Source: Clostridiales bacterium
GTDB lineage: Bacteria > Bacillota > Clostridia > Peptostreptococcales > Acidaminobacteraceae
DNA: 64,000 nucleotides
Reading direction: 5' to 3'
Assembly (NCBI GenBank): GCA_030446305.1
Contig: JASUSA010000007.1
Coordinates: 1,538 to 65,537, forward strand
Shown here: positions 55,927 through 64,000 of the stretch, piece after piece
How positions within the stretch are numbered: the stretch's first letter is position 1
Layout: the number at the start of each line of letters is the position of its first letter
Translations under genes and position numbers: made by a program
Notes under the pieces: model-generated
Databases searched by the model: none
What the model was told of the DNA's origin: nothing
What the model saw: only the letters and a program-made list of their open reading frames with translations

Positions 55927-56047
55927 CCGCATACACCTCGCTTTCACCGGGATGAAATGACATTGCTCTTCCGGCAATTGATTGATACCCAAAACCAGTA
56001 TCAATAATCATCATACCACCCAATGTTGGCGAAAAATGGGACGATCG

Positions 56048-57082
56048 CTACAATTTTATACCTTTTGAAAGGACTTTTTTAATCACCGTCGGTAGTGCCA
56101 ACGTCTCTAATTCATCGCTGCTGCACCATCGCACTTCGGGAAAATCGATGGCATGCGCATTTCTCGCCTCAAAGACAAAAATGTGAACATCCCAGATGAG
56201 GTGTGTAAAGACATGCCGCACCTGTCCGACAAATCTGCCTTCCGTCAAATCCAGTTGAAAATCTTCGGCAAGCTGATTTCTCAACATCCTTTCATCGACC
56301 AAATCAGCGGCAAACGGCAGCGACCATAAGCCATGCAGCAAGCGACCTTCTACCTGTTTAAAGCATAGGAGCTTACCTTTATGGTAAATAATGCCCATGC
56401 CAATCGGCATCTGCTTTTGTTTGGTTTTCTTTGTCTTAACGGGATACTGCATTTCCATGCCTTCGGCGTGAGCCTTGCAGTATTTGCTGACAGGACATTG
56501 ATTGCACTTTGGATTTTGAGGTGTACACACGGTTGCCCCAAGTTCCATAAGCGCTTGGTTGAACACGCCGGGCTCTTCGGGAATCAACGGTAATAACGCA
56601 GCATGAAACTGCTTTGCCGTTTTGGGATTGGCAATATCATCTGACCGTGCATCAAGACGTGAAAATACGCGCAGCACATTGCCGTCAACAGCGGGAACGC
56701 GTCTGTTAAAGGCAATACTGGCAATGGCGCCTGCCGTGTATGGCCCAATTCCCGGCAATTTTAATAAATCCTGATACTGATTTGGAAAAATACCATCGTA
56801 TTGCTGCCACACGACATCGGCACACCGTTTCAAGTTACGGGCCCGCGTATAATAGCCAAGCCCCTGCCAAAGCCTCAGCACATCATCCTCCGTTGCTTTC
56901 GCCAATGCTTCCACCGTTGGAAATACACCAATAAATCGATGATAGTAATCAATCGCCGTCGCAACCTGCGTCTGCTGCAGCATAATTTCTGAAAGCCATA
57001 TATGATAAGGTATGCGATCACGCCGCCAAGGTAAATCTCTCTGGTTTTCCTTAAACCACTGACATAGTGTTTCTACCCACAT
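56048..57082 (-). CDS. mutY: A/G-specific adenine DNA glycosylase
   Basis: WFKENQRDLPWR, an HhH-GPD region (LPGIGPYTAGAI), a 4Fe-4S Cys cluster (C-x6-C-x2-C-x5-C) and a NUDIX-like C-terminal domain. Confidence 0.92.
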   Translation of the reverse strand: MWVETLCQWFKENQRDLPWRRDRIPYHIWLSEIMLQQTQVATAIDYYHRFIGVFPTVEALAKATEDDVLRLWQGLGYYTRARNLKRCADVVWQQYDGIFPNQYQDLLKLPGIGPYTAGAIASIAFNRRVPAVDGNVLRVFSRLDARSDDIANPKTAKQFHAALLPLIPEEPGVFNQALMELGATVCTPQNPKCNQCPVSKYCKAHAEGMEMQYPVKTKKTKQKQMPIGMGIIYHKGKLLCFKQVEGRLLHGLWSLPFAADLVDERMLRNQLAEDFQLDLTEGRFVGQVRHVFTHLIWDVHIFVFEARNAHAIDFPEVRWCSSDELETLALPTVIKKVLSKGIKL

Positions 57083-57289
57083 TCACTTTCTCCTCTTTAT
57101 TTCGCCTCTTTATCATCACGTTGATCCGAATGCATTGTCATTTGCAAAAGTCTGTACGATTTTCTGTTTTTCAACACGGCGCCGCACTTATTCAGCAAAG
57201 CGCAGACATGTATGCGGTAGCGCGACGATTAAAAAAAGTCAAACGGTGTATATATATAACATAAGCAACTGCTGAAAGGAGGCGATTTC

Positions 57290-59329
57290 ATGCAAGCACC
57301 GAAGATTAAACTGCGTGCTAAGTACAGCGCGTTAAAAATTGCCGCCACATATGCTGCAATTGGCGTCATATGGATTTTGACTTCGGATAAAATCCTCTCT
57401 TATTTTGTCAGTGATGCAGATGCTTTTTTCAAAATCAGCATCTATAAAGGCTGGTTTTTCATTTTCATCACTGCACTGCTCCTCTACGTGCTTATTCAAA
57501 ACAGCGTCAAGGATTATATCAGCCTGTCTGATAAACTGATGAACAATTTGAGCGAATTAAAACGCGCAGAAATGATGCTAAACCGTAAAATCAATGAGCT
57601 CGTCGAAACAGAGGCAAAGCTCAGCGCAAGTGAGGAACGTTATCGCCTCGTGCTTGAAAGCGTTAAATCCGGCGTCTGGGATTACGATATCAACAATGAT
57701 ACCGTCTTTTTTTCAGCTCGCTTTTACACCTTGACACACCGAGAAAAAACAGAAGAAACGTACCCGTTTTCATTTTTTATACAGTTAATTCATCCTTCAG
57801 ATCAGGCGGGCTTTTTAAAGTCGCTACAAGATTATCTTGACTGTAAAACTTCAAAATTTCAAGTTGAATTTCGCCTGAAAGACATTGATGATAATTACCT
57901 CTGGCTTTCCAGTTCGGGCAAAGCCGTCTGGGAAGGGGATACACCGATAAAAATGGTTGGTTCTCTAATGGACATCACTGCATCCAAAGCGGATCAGGAC
58001 AAAATTATGGAACTCGCTTATTATGACAGTGTAACACATTTGCCAAATAAGGCAAAGCTCGAAGATTTCACCAACACTTGGCTAAATCAGTACAATCAAA
58101 AATTGGCACTCATCTATCTCGATATCGACAATTTTAAAATGATTAACGATGCCATCGGGCATAAATTAGGCGATGCATTTCTCATTCAAATTGCAGAACG
58201 TCTCAAAACACTTGAACCGCATCTGCAAATGATTTCGCGGATTGGCGGTGACGAATTCTGCTTTGTGGTAACACAATTTGAAAACCGCTACCAGCTGCAT
58301 GCACTTGCAGAAAAGATTCTCGAACTCATCCGTACACCTTGGCATTCAAATGACAGAGAGTTTCATATCACTGGCAGCGTCGGCATTGCCATTGCACCGG
58401 ATCACGGCGACAATCTCGATACCTTACTAAAAAAAGCAGATACCGCCATGTATGCTTCAAAAAATGCAGGTCGCAATCAGTGTACGCTCTTTCACGAACA
58501 GCTTCACGATGTCGTGCTTGAATACGTTTATTTGCAGAGCAATATGAAACGCGCACTTGAAAATGACGCATTCATCATCTATTATCAGCCTCAGTTTAAC
58601 ATTGACAATAACTCGCTAAAAGGTGCAGAAGCATTGGTTCGCTGGCAGGATAAAGATCTTGGTCTCATTCCGCCGGATCGTTTTATCAGTATTTCAGAAA
58701 AAACGGGTTTTATCAAGCCACTTGGTCTTTGGATCATCGAAACTGTTTTCAAAAATATGGTTGCTTGGCGCGATCATCATTACGCGGTCATTGATGTGTC
58801 CATAAATTTATCGGCTATTCAATTGTATGCGCCAGATTTTATTGAATCTGTTACGGCAATTGGTGAACGTTATCATATTGATCCCACCCAGATTATCTTT
58901 GAAATCACGGAAAACGTTGCCATCGATGGCAACCCTGCTGTTTTGCACACACTTGAAGCGCTACGCGAGCTGGGATATCGTATTGCACTTGACGACTTTG
59001 GAATCAACTATTCATCCCTGAGCTATTTGAAACGTCTGCCAATTGACATCATAAAGCTCGATAAGACTTTCATCTCCCAAATTGACAAGGATCCACTCGA
59101 CCTGGCGATCAGTCGATCGGTTATCAGTCTTGCCCATGAAATCGGTTTATCCGTTGTCGCCGAAGGCGTCGAAAGGATATCCCATTACAATATTCTTAAA
59201 GACCTCTACTGTGACGCAGGACAAGGCTATCTATTCAGTCGACCCATTGATGCAGAATCGTTTGAGAGAGATTATCTCAATCACGCCATTGCCGCATTTG
59301 AAATGCCAGAAACCAATGCCTCTGTTTAA
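57290..59329 (+). CDS. Membrane-anchored PAS-GGDEF-EAL c-di-GMP turnover protein
   Basis: Two TM helices, a coiled coil, a PAS domain, a canonical GGDEF (RIGGDEF) and a canonical EAL (EALVRW, DDFG, EGVE). Confidence 0.92.
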   Translation: MQAPKIKLRAKYSALKIAATYAAIGVIWILTSDKILSYFVSDADAFFKISIYKGWFFIFITALLLYVLIQNSVKDYISLSDKLMNNLSELKRAEMMLNRKINELVETEAKLSASEERYRLVLESVKSGVWDYDINNDTVFFSARFYTLTHREKTEETYPFSFFIQLIHPSDQAGFLKSLQDYLDCKTSKFQVEFRLKDIDDNYLWLSSSGKAVWEGDTPIKMVGSLMDITASKADQDKIMELAYYDSVTHLPNKAKLEDFTNTWLNQYNQKLALIYLDIDNFKMINDAIGHKLGDAFLIQIAERLKTLEPHLQMISRIGGDEFCFVVTQFENRYQLHALAEKILELIRTPWHSNDREFHITGSVGIAIAPDHGDNLDTLLKKADTAMYASKNAGRNQCTLFHEQLHDVVLEYVYLQSNMKRALENDAFIIYYQPQFNIDNNSLKGAEALVRWQDKDLGLIPPDRFISISEKTGFIKPLGLWIIETVFKNMVAWRDHHYAVIDVSINLSAIQLYAPDFIESVTAIGERYHIDPTQIIFEITENVAIDGNPAVLHTLEALRELGYRIALDDFGINYSSLSYLKRLPIDIIKLDKTFISQIDKDPLDLAISRSVISLAHEIGLSVVAEGVERISHYNILKDLYCDAGQGYLFSRPIDAESFERDYLNHAIAAFEMPETNASV

Positions 59330-59371
59330 CGTTATTTAACGGTTAGATGATGGCGTCTTTTGCCACGTTAT

Positions 59372-59418
59372 AAAAAAAGAGACCTTCGCCTTAAACTGCA
59401 AAGGTCTCTTAAATTTTA
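59372..59418. terminator. Bidirectional intrinsic terminator between convergent c-di-GMP genes
   Basis: AGAGACCTT-14 nt-AAGGTCTCT flanked by AAAAAAA and TAAATTTTA. Overlaps the stop of the minus-strand gene. Confidence 0.7.
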
Positions 59419-60482
59419 CCGAGAACCACCACTTGGTCCCGCCCTCGCGCCTTGGCGAGATAAAGCGCCTCATCGGCTCTGGAAAGTGTCGAAGAAAAAC
59501 GTGTGTGCGATGGCATACGTTCTGCAACACCAATGCTCACAGTGACATTAATGCTTAAAAATTCATCAATTTTAATCATGGCAGACGCAATGTCGCCACG
59601 AAGCCATTCAGCTTGATCTTTAACGATTTCAAGTGACGTGCCCGTCATCAGCACGGCAAATGTACTGCCGCCATATCTGGCAATCATACTCTGAGGGCTG
59701 TTAAAATAACCTATTTTTTCGGCAAGTGCCTTTAAAACCAAGTCGCCTTTATCATGTCCATAGGTATCATTAATGGATTTAAAATAGTCTGTATCAATCA
59801 GCATGAGAACAAAATGCTGATTCTTTTCAAATAATAGGCTACCCATGCGCATCAATGCATTTTGTTTTCGCACGGGCAAACTATCATCCATCTGCTTCAA
59901 GTAATCAACCGACTGCGTCAATTGTTTCATTTTATCCGTCAGCCAGAAAAAGAAGAAGACAATCCCAATGATAACGGCAAATTGCGATGTATACTGAAAA
60001 ATGCTAACCGTACGCGCATCAAATGTCACGGGATAAATAGCCTGCCACAAGTGACTCGTCACAATAATGACAGCCGTCACAATCAAATACATCAGCATTG
60101 GAATCTGGCGATAAAGCGGCCGATTCTCATATAGCAGCAGCACGATGCCAATATGCCCAATCAGCATATACTGAAAATTATAGGCACCGCCAAAAAAGAG
60201 CAGTATTTGAAGCAAAATAACCAGGTAGATCACCACCAGCATCGCATAGATTCCAATTTGTTCGCGTGATGTTCCCAATGTGTACTGCGTCCCCCAGATC
60301 AGAACGCCTGCTGTGAACTCAACAATTGCAGGTTGAAAAACACCCAACGATAAATAAACAACTGTATAGGCTAAGCAATAGAACCCTACGATGCGTATAA
60401 ACTGCTTTAAAAACTTTTCTTTCAATCCCTGTTCTGCCTTTGGCTCCAGAGCATCTAACAAATCTTTCATCCATTTCACCAT
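59409..60482 (-). CDS. Integral-membrane GGDEF-domain protein with degenerate active site (GGSTF)
   Basis: Six TM helices, then a GGDEF fold (FKSINDTYGHDKGD...ARYGGSTFAV). The GG(D/E)EF signature reads GGSTF. No RxxD I-site at the usual position. Confidence 0.85.
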   Translation of the reverse strand: MVKWMKDLLDALEPKAEQGLKEKFLKQFIRIVGFYCLAYTVVYLSLGVFQPAIVEFTAGVLIWGTQYTLGTSREQIGIYAMLVVIYLVILLQILLFFGGAYNFQYMLIGHIGIVLLLYENRPLYRQIPMLMYLIVTAVIIVTSHLWQAIYPVTFDARTVSIFQYTSQFAVIIGIVFFFFWLTDKMKQLTQSVDYLKQMDDSLPVRKQNALMRMGSLLFEKNQHFVLMLIDTDYFKSINDTYGHDKGDLVLKALAEKIGYFNSPQSMIARYGGSTFAVLMTGTSLEIVKDQAEWLRGDIASAMIKIDEFLSINVTVSIGVAERMPSHTRFSSTLSRADEALYLAKARGRDQVVVLGKI

Positions 60483-60484
60483 GC

Positions 60485-61369
60485 CTATTTGACCGTTACA
60501 AAGTTGCCGCCTTTTCGCTTACTGGACTTGAGGAGATCATAAGCCCGCGTCATAAGGTTCTCCATTGTTTCACCCGCGTGATACCGTGTTGCGCCTACCG
60601 ATACCGTCACATCGACATCCTTGAAAGTAACCCCTCTCAGCGCACTGCTTTCAGACAGCATGCGAATACCTTCTGCAATGTTTTTTAACTGTTCTTTGGA
60701 TGCGCCGCTGAAAACAAACAGGAATTCATCTTGTCGCCACCTGCCCAAAACATCTGCATGACCAAATGTTTCCGTCAGTGTCTTTGCCAGTATGCGCATC
60801 ACATCATCACTTAAACGACGCCCATAAATATTGTTAAATTCCTCAAATGTATCAATATCGATGAGAATAACGCCAAACTGCAAATTTAACGTACGATTCA
60901 AATTCATTTGGTGCATTAGAAACTGTTCTAGAAATGCACGATTAGGCAAACCTGTCATTTGATCCTTGATAAGCTCAGGTTCAGGACATGAAAATGACGG
61001 TACATTGTCACTGACGTGATCGTTTAACGTGAAGATTTCAGCTACTGAATCAGGATCTTCGGCGCCCTCAAGCGGTACAGTTCTTATCATTACAGGAATG
61101 CGATAGCCTTTTTTGTGCTGCATAAAGAGGTAGCTTTCACGCGGTATCCGATCCTTGATCGTCATATGCAGCGGGCAGCCATTTAAACATAGCAGTCGGC
61201 CCTGAGCATCAACGTGATTTAAAATATTGTCATGGCAATACTTGCCGATGACCTCTTCTGATTTGAAGCCCGTGATTCGCTCCGCTCCCTTGTTCCAGAA
61301 AATCACTTTCCGATTGCCGTCGACAATATAAACCCCTTCGTAAAGCGAATCCATCAATTGCTCAAACAT
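60485..61369 (-). CDS. PAS-GGDEF protein with degenerate active site (RQDEF)
   Basis: An N-terminal Cys/His-rich PAS domain. In the GGDEF fold (FEEFNNIYGRRLSD...GRWRQDEFLFVF) both glycines of the signature are replaced. Confidence 0.85.
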   Translation of the reverse strand: MFEQLMDSLYEGVYIVDGNRKVIFWNKGAERITGFKSEEVIGKYCHDNILNHVDAQGRLLCLNGCPLHMTIKDRIPRESYLFMQHKKGYRIPVMIRTVPLEGAEDPDSVAEIFTLNDHVSDNVPSFSCPEPELIKDQMTGLPNRAFLEQFLMHQMNLNRTLNLQFGVILIDIDTFEEFNNIYGRRLSDDVMRILAKTLTETFGHADVLGRWRQDEFLFVFSGASKEQLKNIAEGIRMLSESSALRGVTFKDVDVTVSVGATRYHAGETMENLMTRAYDLLKSSKRKGGNFVTVK

Positions 61370-61418
61370 ATGACATCCTCCTTCCGCAACATTTCTCCTT
61401 GGTTATTTTCTCATAGTA

Positions 61419-62345
61419 CTACGCTGTTTCCGCCGACCCTTGGGCACATGTCAGCAAAAATGGTTCACACCCGCCTACGTAGGCATCATAATTTGTCGTA
61501 ATTGACTTTGCATGTCCGGCGCCCTCTACCGGAAGAAATGTAACCGGTACGTTTCCCAGTGTTTCAAGTGTCTGATAAAGCTGCTCCGCATGTGCAATCG
61601 GCACATAACGGTCTGTGGTGCCATGTATGATGAGCACCGGCGCAGTAATGTCCGACAGTGTTTTCAGCGGACTCATTGAACGAAAGCCAATGCCCGTTTT
61701 AAGCTTATTAAACCCATCAGCCAGCGGCATTAATGGCCATTCCGGCAAGTGATAATCCAACATTAGTCGGTCTTTAAACGTGCGTTCCGCTTCTGAAAAG
61801 CTGCAGTCTGCAATAACGCCTTGGATTCGGTGATCCTTTGCCGCATGCATCAGTACAGTTGCCGCCCCCATCGATTCACCATGGGTGTAAATATCGAGAC
61901 GGTTTGACGTCTTTTCCAAAACCCAGTCGACAACACATTTTAGATCTTCACTTTCCAAGACGCCATACGTTGTATAATCACCGCCGCTTTCACCGTGATT
62001 GCGCTGATCATAAGCCAAAACATGATAGCCGAGATCATGAAACATACGCATGTATTTAATGGATGCAAATTTATTTAGACGAATCCCGTGAACGACAATA
62101 ACGACGCCTTTTCCAACCGGGGATTGAAGCCACCATCCAGACAGCATATACGTATCATGTGATTGAATGGTAACACTTTCTAATTTCACGTTATTATAAA
62201 AAGACTCAAGTGCCGGCAAGCGTTTTAACTCAGCATGCCAGACAGAATTGGCGCTTCGCGTTTTAGGATACATCGCCTGTCTTGAGAGATAAAGCCCTAC
62301 GCCGAGTACGAGTGCAGCTGCCAACAATAAAATATTTAAAATCAT
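61419..62345 (-). CDS. Membrane-anchored alpha/beta hydrolase
   Basis: An N-terminal TM helix, the HG oxyanion motif (VVHGIR), the nucleophile elbow GESMG, and a C-terminal GAGH. Confidence 0.85.
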   Translation of the reverse strand: MILNILLLAAALVLGVGLYLSRQAMYPKTRSANSVWHAELKRLPALESFYNNVKLESVTIQSHDTYMLSGWWLQSPVGKGVVIVVHGIRLNKFASIKYMRMFHDLGYHVLAYDQRNHGESGGDYTTYGVLESEDLKCVVDWVLEKTSNRLDIYTHGESMGAATVLMHAAKDHRIQGVIADCSFSEAERTFKDRLMLDYHLPEWPLMPLADGFNKLKTGIGFRSMSPLKTLSDITAPVLIIHGTTDRYVPIAHAEQLYQTLETLGNVPVTFLPVEGAGHAKSITTNYDAYVGGCEPFLLTCAQGSAETA

Positions 62346-63706
62346 GACACGGTTTCCTCCAGCATTGCAATTTTAGCGCGATAGGTTCTTTGATAAAACC
62401 ATAGTACAAAAGTTGTTCCGACGACTTCTGAGAAGAAAAAGGCATACCATAATGTGTCAATCCCAAACAGTTTGCCTAAAATTGCAGCAAGCGGCAGCAA
62501 AACGACTATTTGACGAATAAATGCAACGATCATACTCAGATAGGCATCTCCAAGACCTTGAAATGCTGTACTGATGACAATGGAAATCGCTGCGAGCGGA
62601 TAACCCATGCTGATAATGCGAAAGGCGTGTTTCCCTATGGCCAGCATATCTTCCGTTCCATTGAACAATAAAATCATTTCTCGTGAAAACAGCTGAAATA
62701 CCACAAGTCCAAGCGTCATATACGCAAAGGCAATGCCAAGCGCCAGCTTTAATGCAGACGTTAATCTCACCTTGTTGCGCGCGCCATAATTATAACCAAT
62801 AATCGGCATTAGTCCCTGTGATAATCCGAAAACCGGCATAAACACAAACGACTGCAGTTTGTAATAGATACCGAGTACCGCAACCGCCGTTGTGGTAAAA
62901 CCTGCGAGAATAAGATTTAACCCCACCAGCATAACAGAAGCCAGCGCCTGCATCGCCGCGGCCGGCAAACCGACGATGACAATCTGCTTCAAGATCTCTC
63001 TATTCACTTTGAAACCTCTGAATTTAAAGGTTATAACGCGTTTAAACCGCGTTAAATACAGCAAAACAAAAATCATAGATGTGATCTGGGCAATAATCGT
63101 AGCAATGGCAGCACCCGGTACGCCCAATGCCGGCAAGCCAAAATAGCCAAATATAAGTATCGGGTCAAGTATAATATTTGTCACAGCGCCGATCAACTGC
63201 GATACCATCGGCACAACCATTTCACCTGTACCCTGGAAGATACTGACGCCTACCTGAGCAAAAATACGACCAAAGGCAAAGAGCATAATAATGGTCAAAT
63301 AACTGTGACTATAGCGAATAATCAAGGCGTCATCTGTAAAAAGCTTAACGAATGGATCGACAAAAAATAACCCCAGTAAGGCGACGAATAAATAAAGGAC
63401 GCCTGCAATTAAAAAGCCATGTTCTGCTGTCATCATAGCGCCTTCTGTATCTTTTGCGCCAAGTTTTCTTGAAATCGACGAGTTGATGCCAACGCCCATA
63501 CCGACAAAACACGCAACGATGACGAGTTGCACAGGAAATGCCAAAGACAGTGCCGTGATTGCCTCTTCATTGATTTTAGCAACAAAAATACTGTCTACAA
63601 TATTGTATAGCGCCTGTACCATCATCGACAAAACCGCCGGGAGCGACATTGTCATAATTAGCTTTGGAATGGGTAGAACACCCATTTTATTTTCTGATTG
63701 TTTCAT
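62342..63706 (-). CDS. MATE-family efflux transporter
   Basis: Twelve TM helices. The N-terminal PIPKLIMTMSLPAVLSMMVQALYNIVDSIFV is the typical MATE start. 4-nt overlap with the hydrolase gene. Confidence 0.92.
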   Translation of the reverse strand: MKQSENKMGVLPIPKLIMTMSLPAVLSMMVQALYNIVDSIFVAKINEEAITALSLAFPVQLVIVACFVGMGVGINSSISRKLGAKDTEGAMMTAEHGFLIAGVLYLFVALLGLFFVDPFVKLFTDDALIIRYSHSYLTIIMLFAFGRIFAQVGVSIFQGTGEMVVPMVSQLIGAVTNIILDPILIFGYFGLPALGVPGAAIATIIAQITSMIFVLLYLTRFKRVITFKFRGFKVNREILKQIVIVGLPAAAMQALASVMLVGLNLILAGFTTTAVAVLGIYYKLQSFVFMPVFGLSQGLMPIIGYNYGARNKVRLTSALKLALGIAFAYMTLGLVVFQLFSREMILLFNGTEDMLAIGKHAFRIISMGYPLAAISIVISTAFQGLGDAYLSMIVAFIRQIVVLLPLAAILGKLFGIDTLWYAFFFSEVVGTTFVLWFYQRTYRAKIAMLEETVS

Positions 63707-63748
63707 ACTGCATTTCCTCTCTGTCTATGCTCATTATTCTCATTATAG

Positions 63749-63789
63749 CATAAAATAACCAGTTCCCACATGCCTGTGAGGACTGGTTC
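63749..63789 (-). terminator. Intrinsic terminator after the aldo/keto reductase gene
   Basis: On the minus strand, AACCAGTCC-loop-GGAACTGGTT is followed by ATTTTAT. Confidence 0.6.
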
Positions 63790-63889
63790 TAAAGATTCAT
63801 CCACCGCAATTTCTTACATCATTTTATGGGATTGCACATGCATACAATCATCATACCTTGAAGAATGAGCATCATTTAAATTTTCTTCC

Positions 63890-64000
63890 CTATGAAAATG
63901 CTTTTGTCCAAGGGAATAGCGTCTCATTTCGATCCAAACTTCTAATCTGATTTATTTCTTCGTTGGAAAGATTGAAATCATGGATGGCAATATTCTCTAA
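63890..64000 (-). CDS. Aldo/keto reductase, C-terminal 36 codons only (gene continues beyond the window)
   Basis: The minus-strand frame, open to the window edge, reads LENIAIHDFNLSNEEINQIRSLDRNETLFPWTKAFS-stop. The DF-x-L-x-x-E-E-x-x-x-I pattern resembles AKR C-termini. Read from the sequence, not in the ORF track. Confidence 0.55.
   Translation of the reverse strand, partial: LENIAIHDFNLSNEEINQIRSLDRNETLFPWTKAFS

Noticed and set aside
1-64000. Mobile elements, prophage, tRNA/rRNA genes, restriction-modification, toxin-antitoxin or known anti-phage defence systems
   Set aside because: No transposase, integrase, reverse transcriptase, nuclease-helicase-methylase combination, cloverleaf-like sequence or flanking inverted/direct repeats were recognised. 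The two methyltransferases look like a small-molecule/protein type and an rRNA type. The DEAD-box helicase and ClpE are housekeeping types.

Overview
This 64-kb window looks like a chromosomal segment from a low-to-moderate-GC Bacillota (Firmicutes), probably Clostridia-like. That placement is inferred from AGGAGG-type ribosome-binding sites, frequent TTG starts, and the presence of ClpE, an LtaS-family enzyme, a UPF0210/UPF0237 pair, split serine dehydratase, an MCP and GGDEF/EAL proteins. I can support about 66 protein-coding genes, one frameshifted gene remnant, one cis-regulatory RNA (a glycine riboswitch), about a dozen intrinsic terminators and several non-coding tandem or direct repeats. 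I did not recognise any rRNA, tRNA, CRISPR array, transposase, integrase, prophage or known defence system. Most content is metabolic or housekeeping: dsdA; a TetR-flanked symporter / alpha-beta hydrolase / CoA-transferase cluster; clpE; an M20 amidohydrolase plus amino-acid ABC importer operon; a DapF-like five-gene operon; tpx; sfsA-lysO; an LtaS-family enzyme; class II photolyase; SulP; a DEAD-box helicase; ABC-F; sdaAB/AA; msrA; gnd-zwf; mutY; a c-di-GMP cluster; and MATE. An accessory-looking block of small hypothetical genes lies at 1.0-5.4 kb. The leads I rank highest are listed below.

- A glycine riboswitch drives an operon of conserved unknown function (ACT/UPF0237, UPF0210/DUF711 and a 73-aa protein).
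- A cyclase-family metal hydrolase is translationally coupled to zwf, at the operon position where the lactonase step of the oxidative pentose phosphate pathway would fit.
- A 748-aa secreted protein carries twelve 11-residue (33-bp) tandem repeats.
- Two adjacent GGDEF proteins have degenerate active-site motifs.
- A 730-bp gene-free gap contains an orphan promoter-terminator pair (candidate sRNA) and a decayed acidic-repeat ORF.
- Two unexplained intergenic tandem arrays (8 x 13 bp, and about 5 x 14-15 bp) and a perfectly duplicated 18-bp near-palindromic operator-like site are present.

All functional calls rest on motif recognition by eye, and no database search was run.
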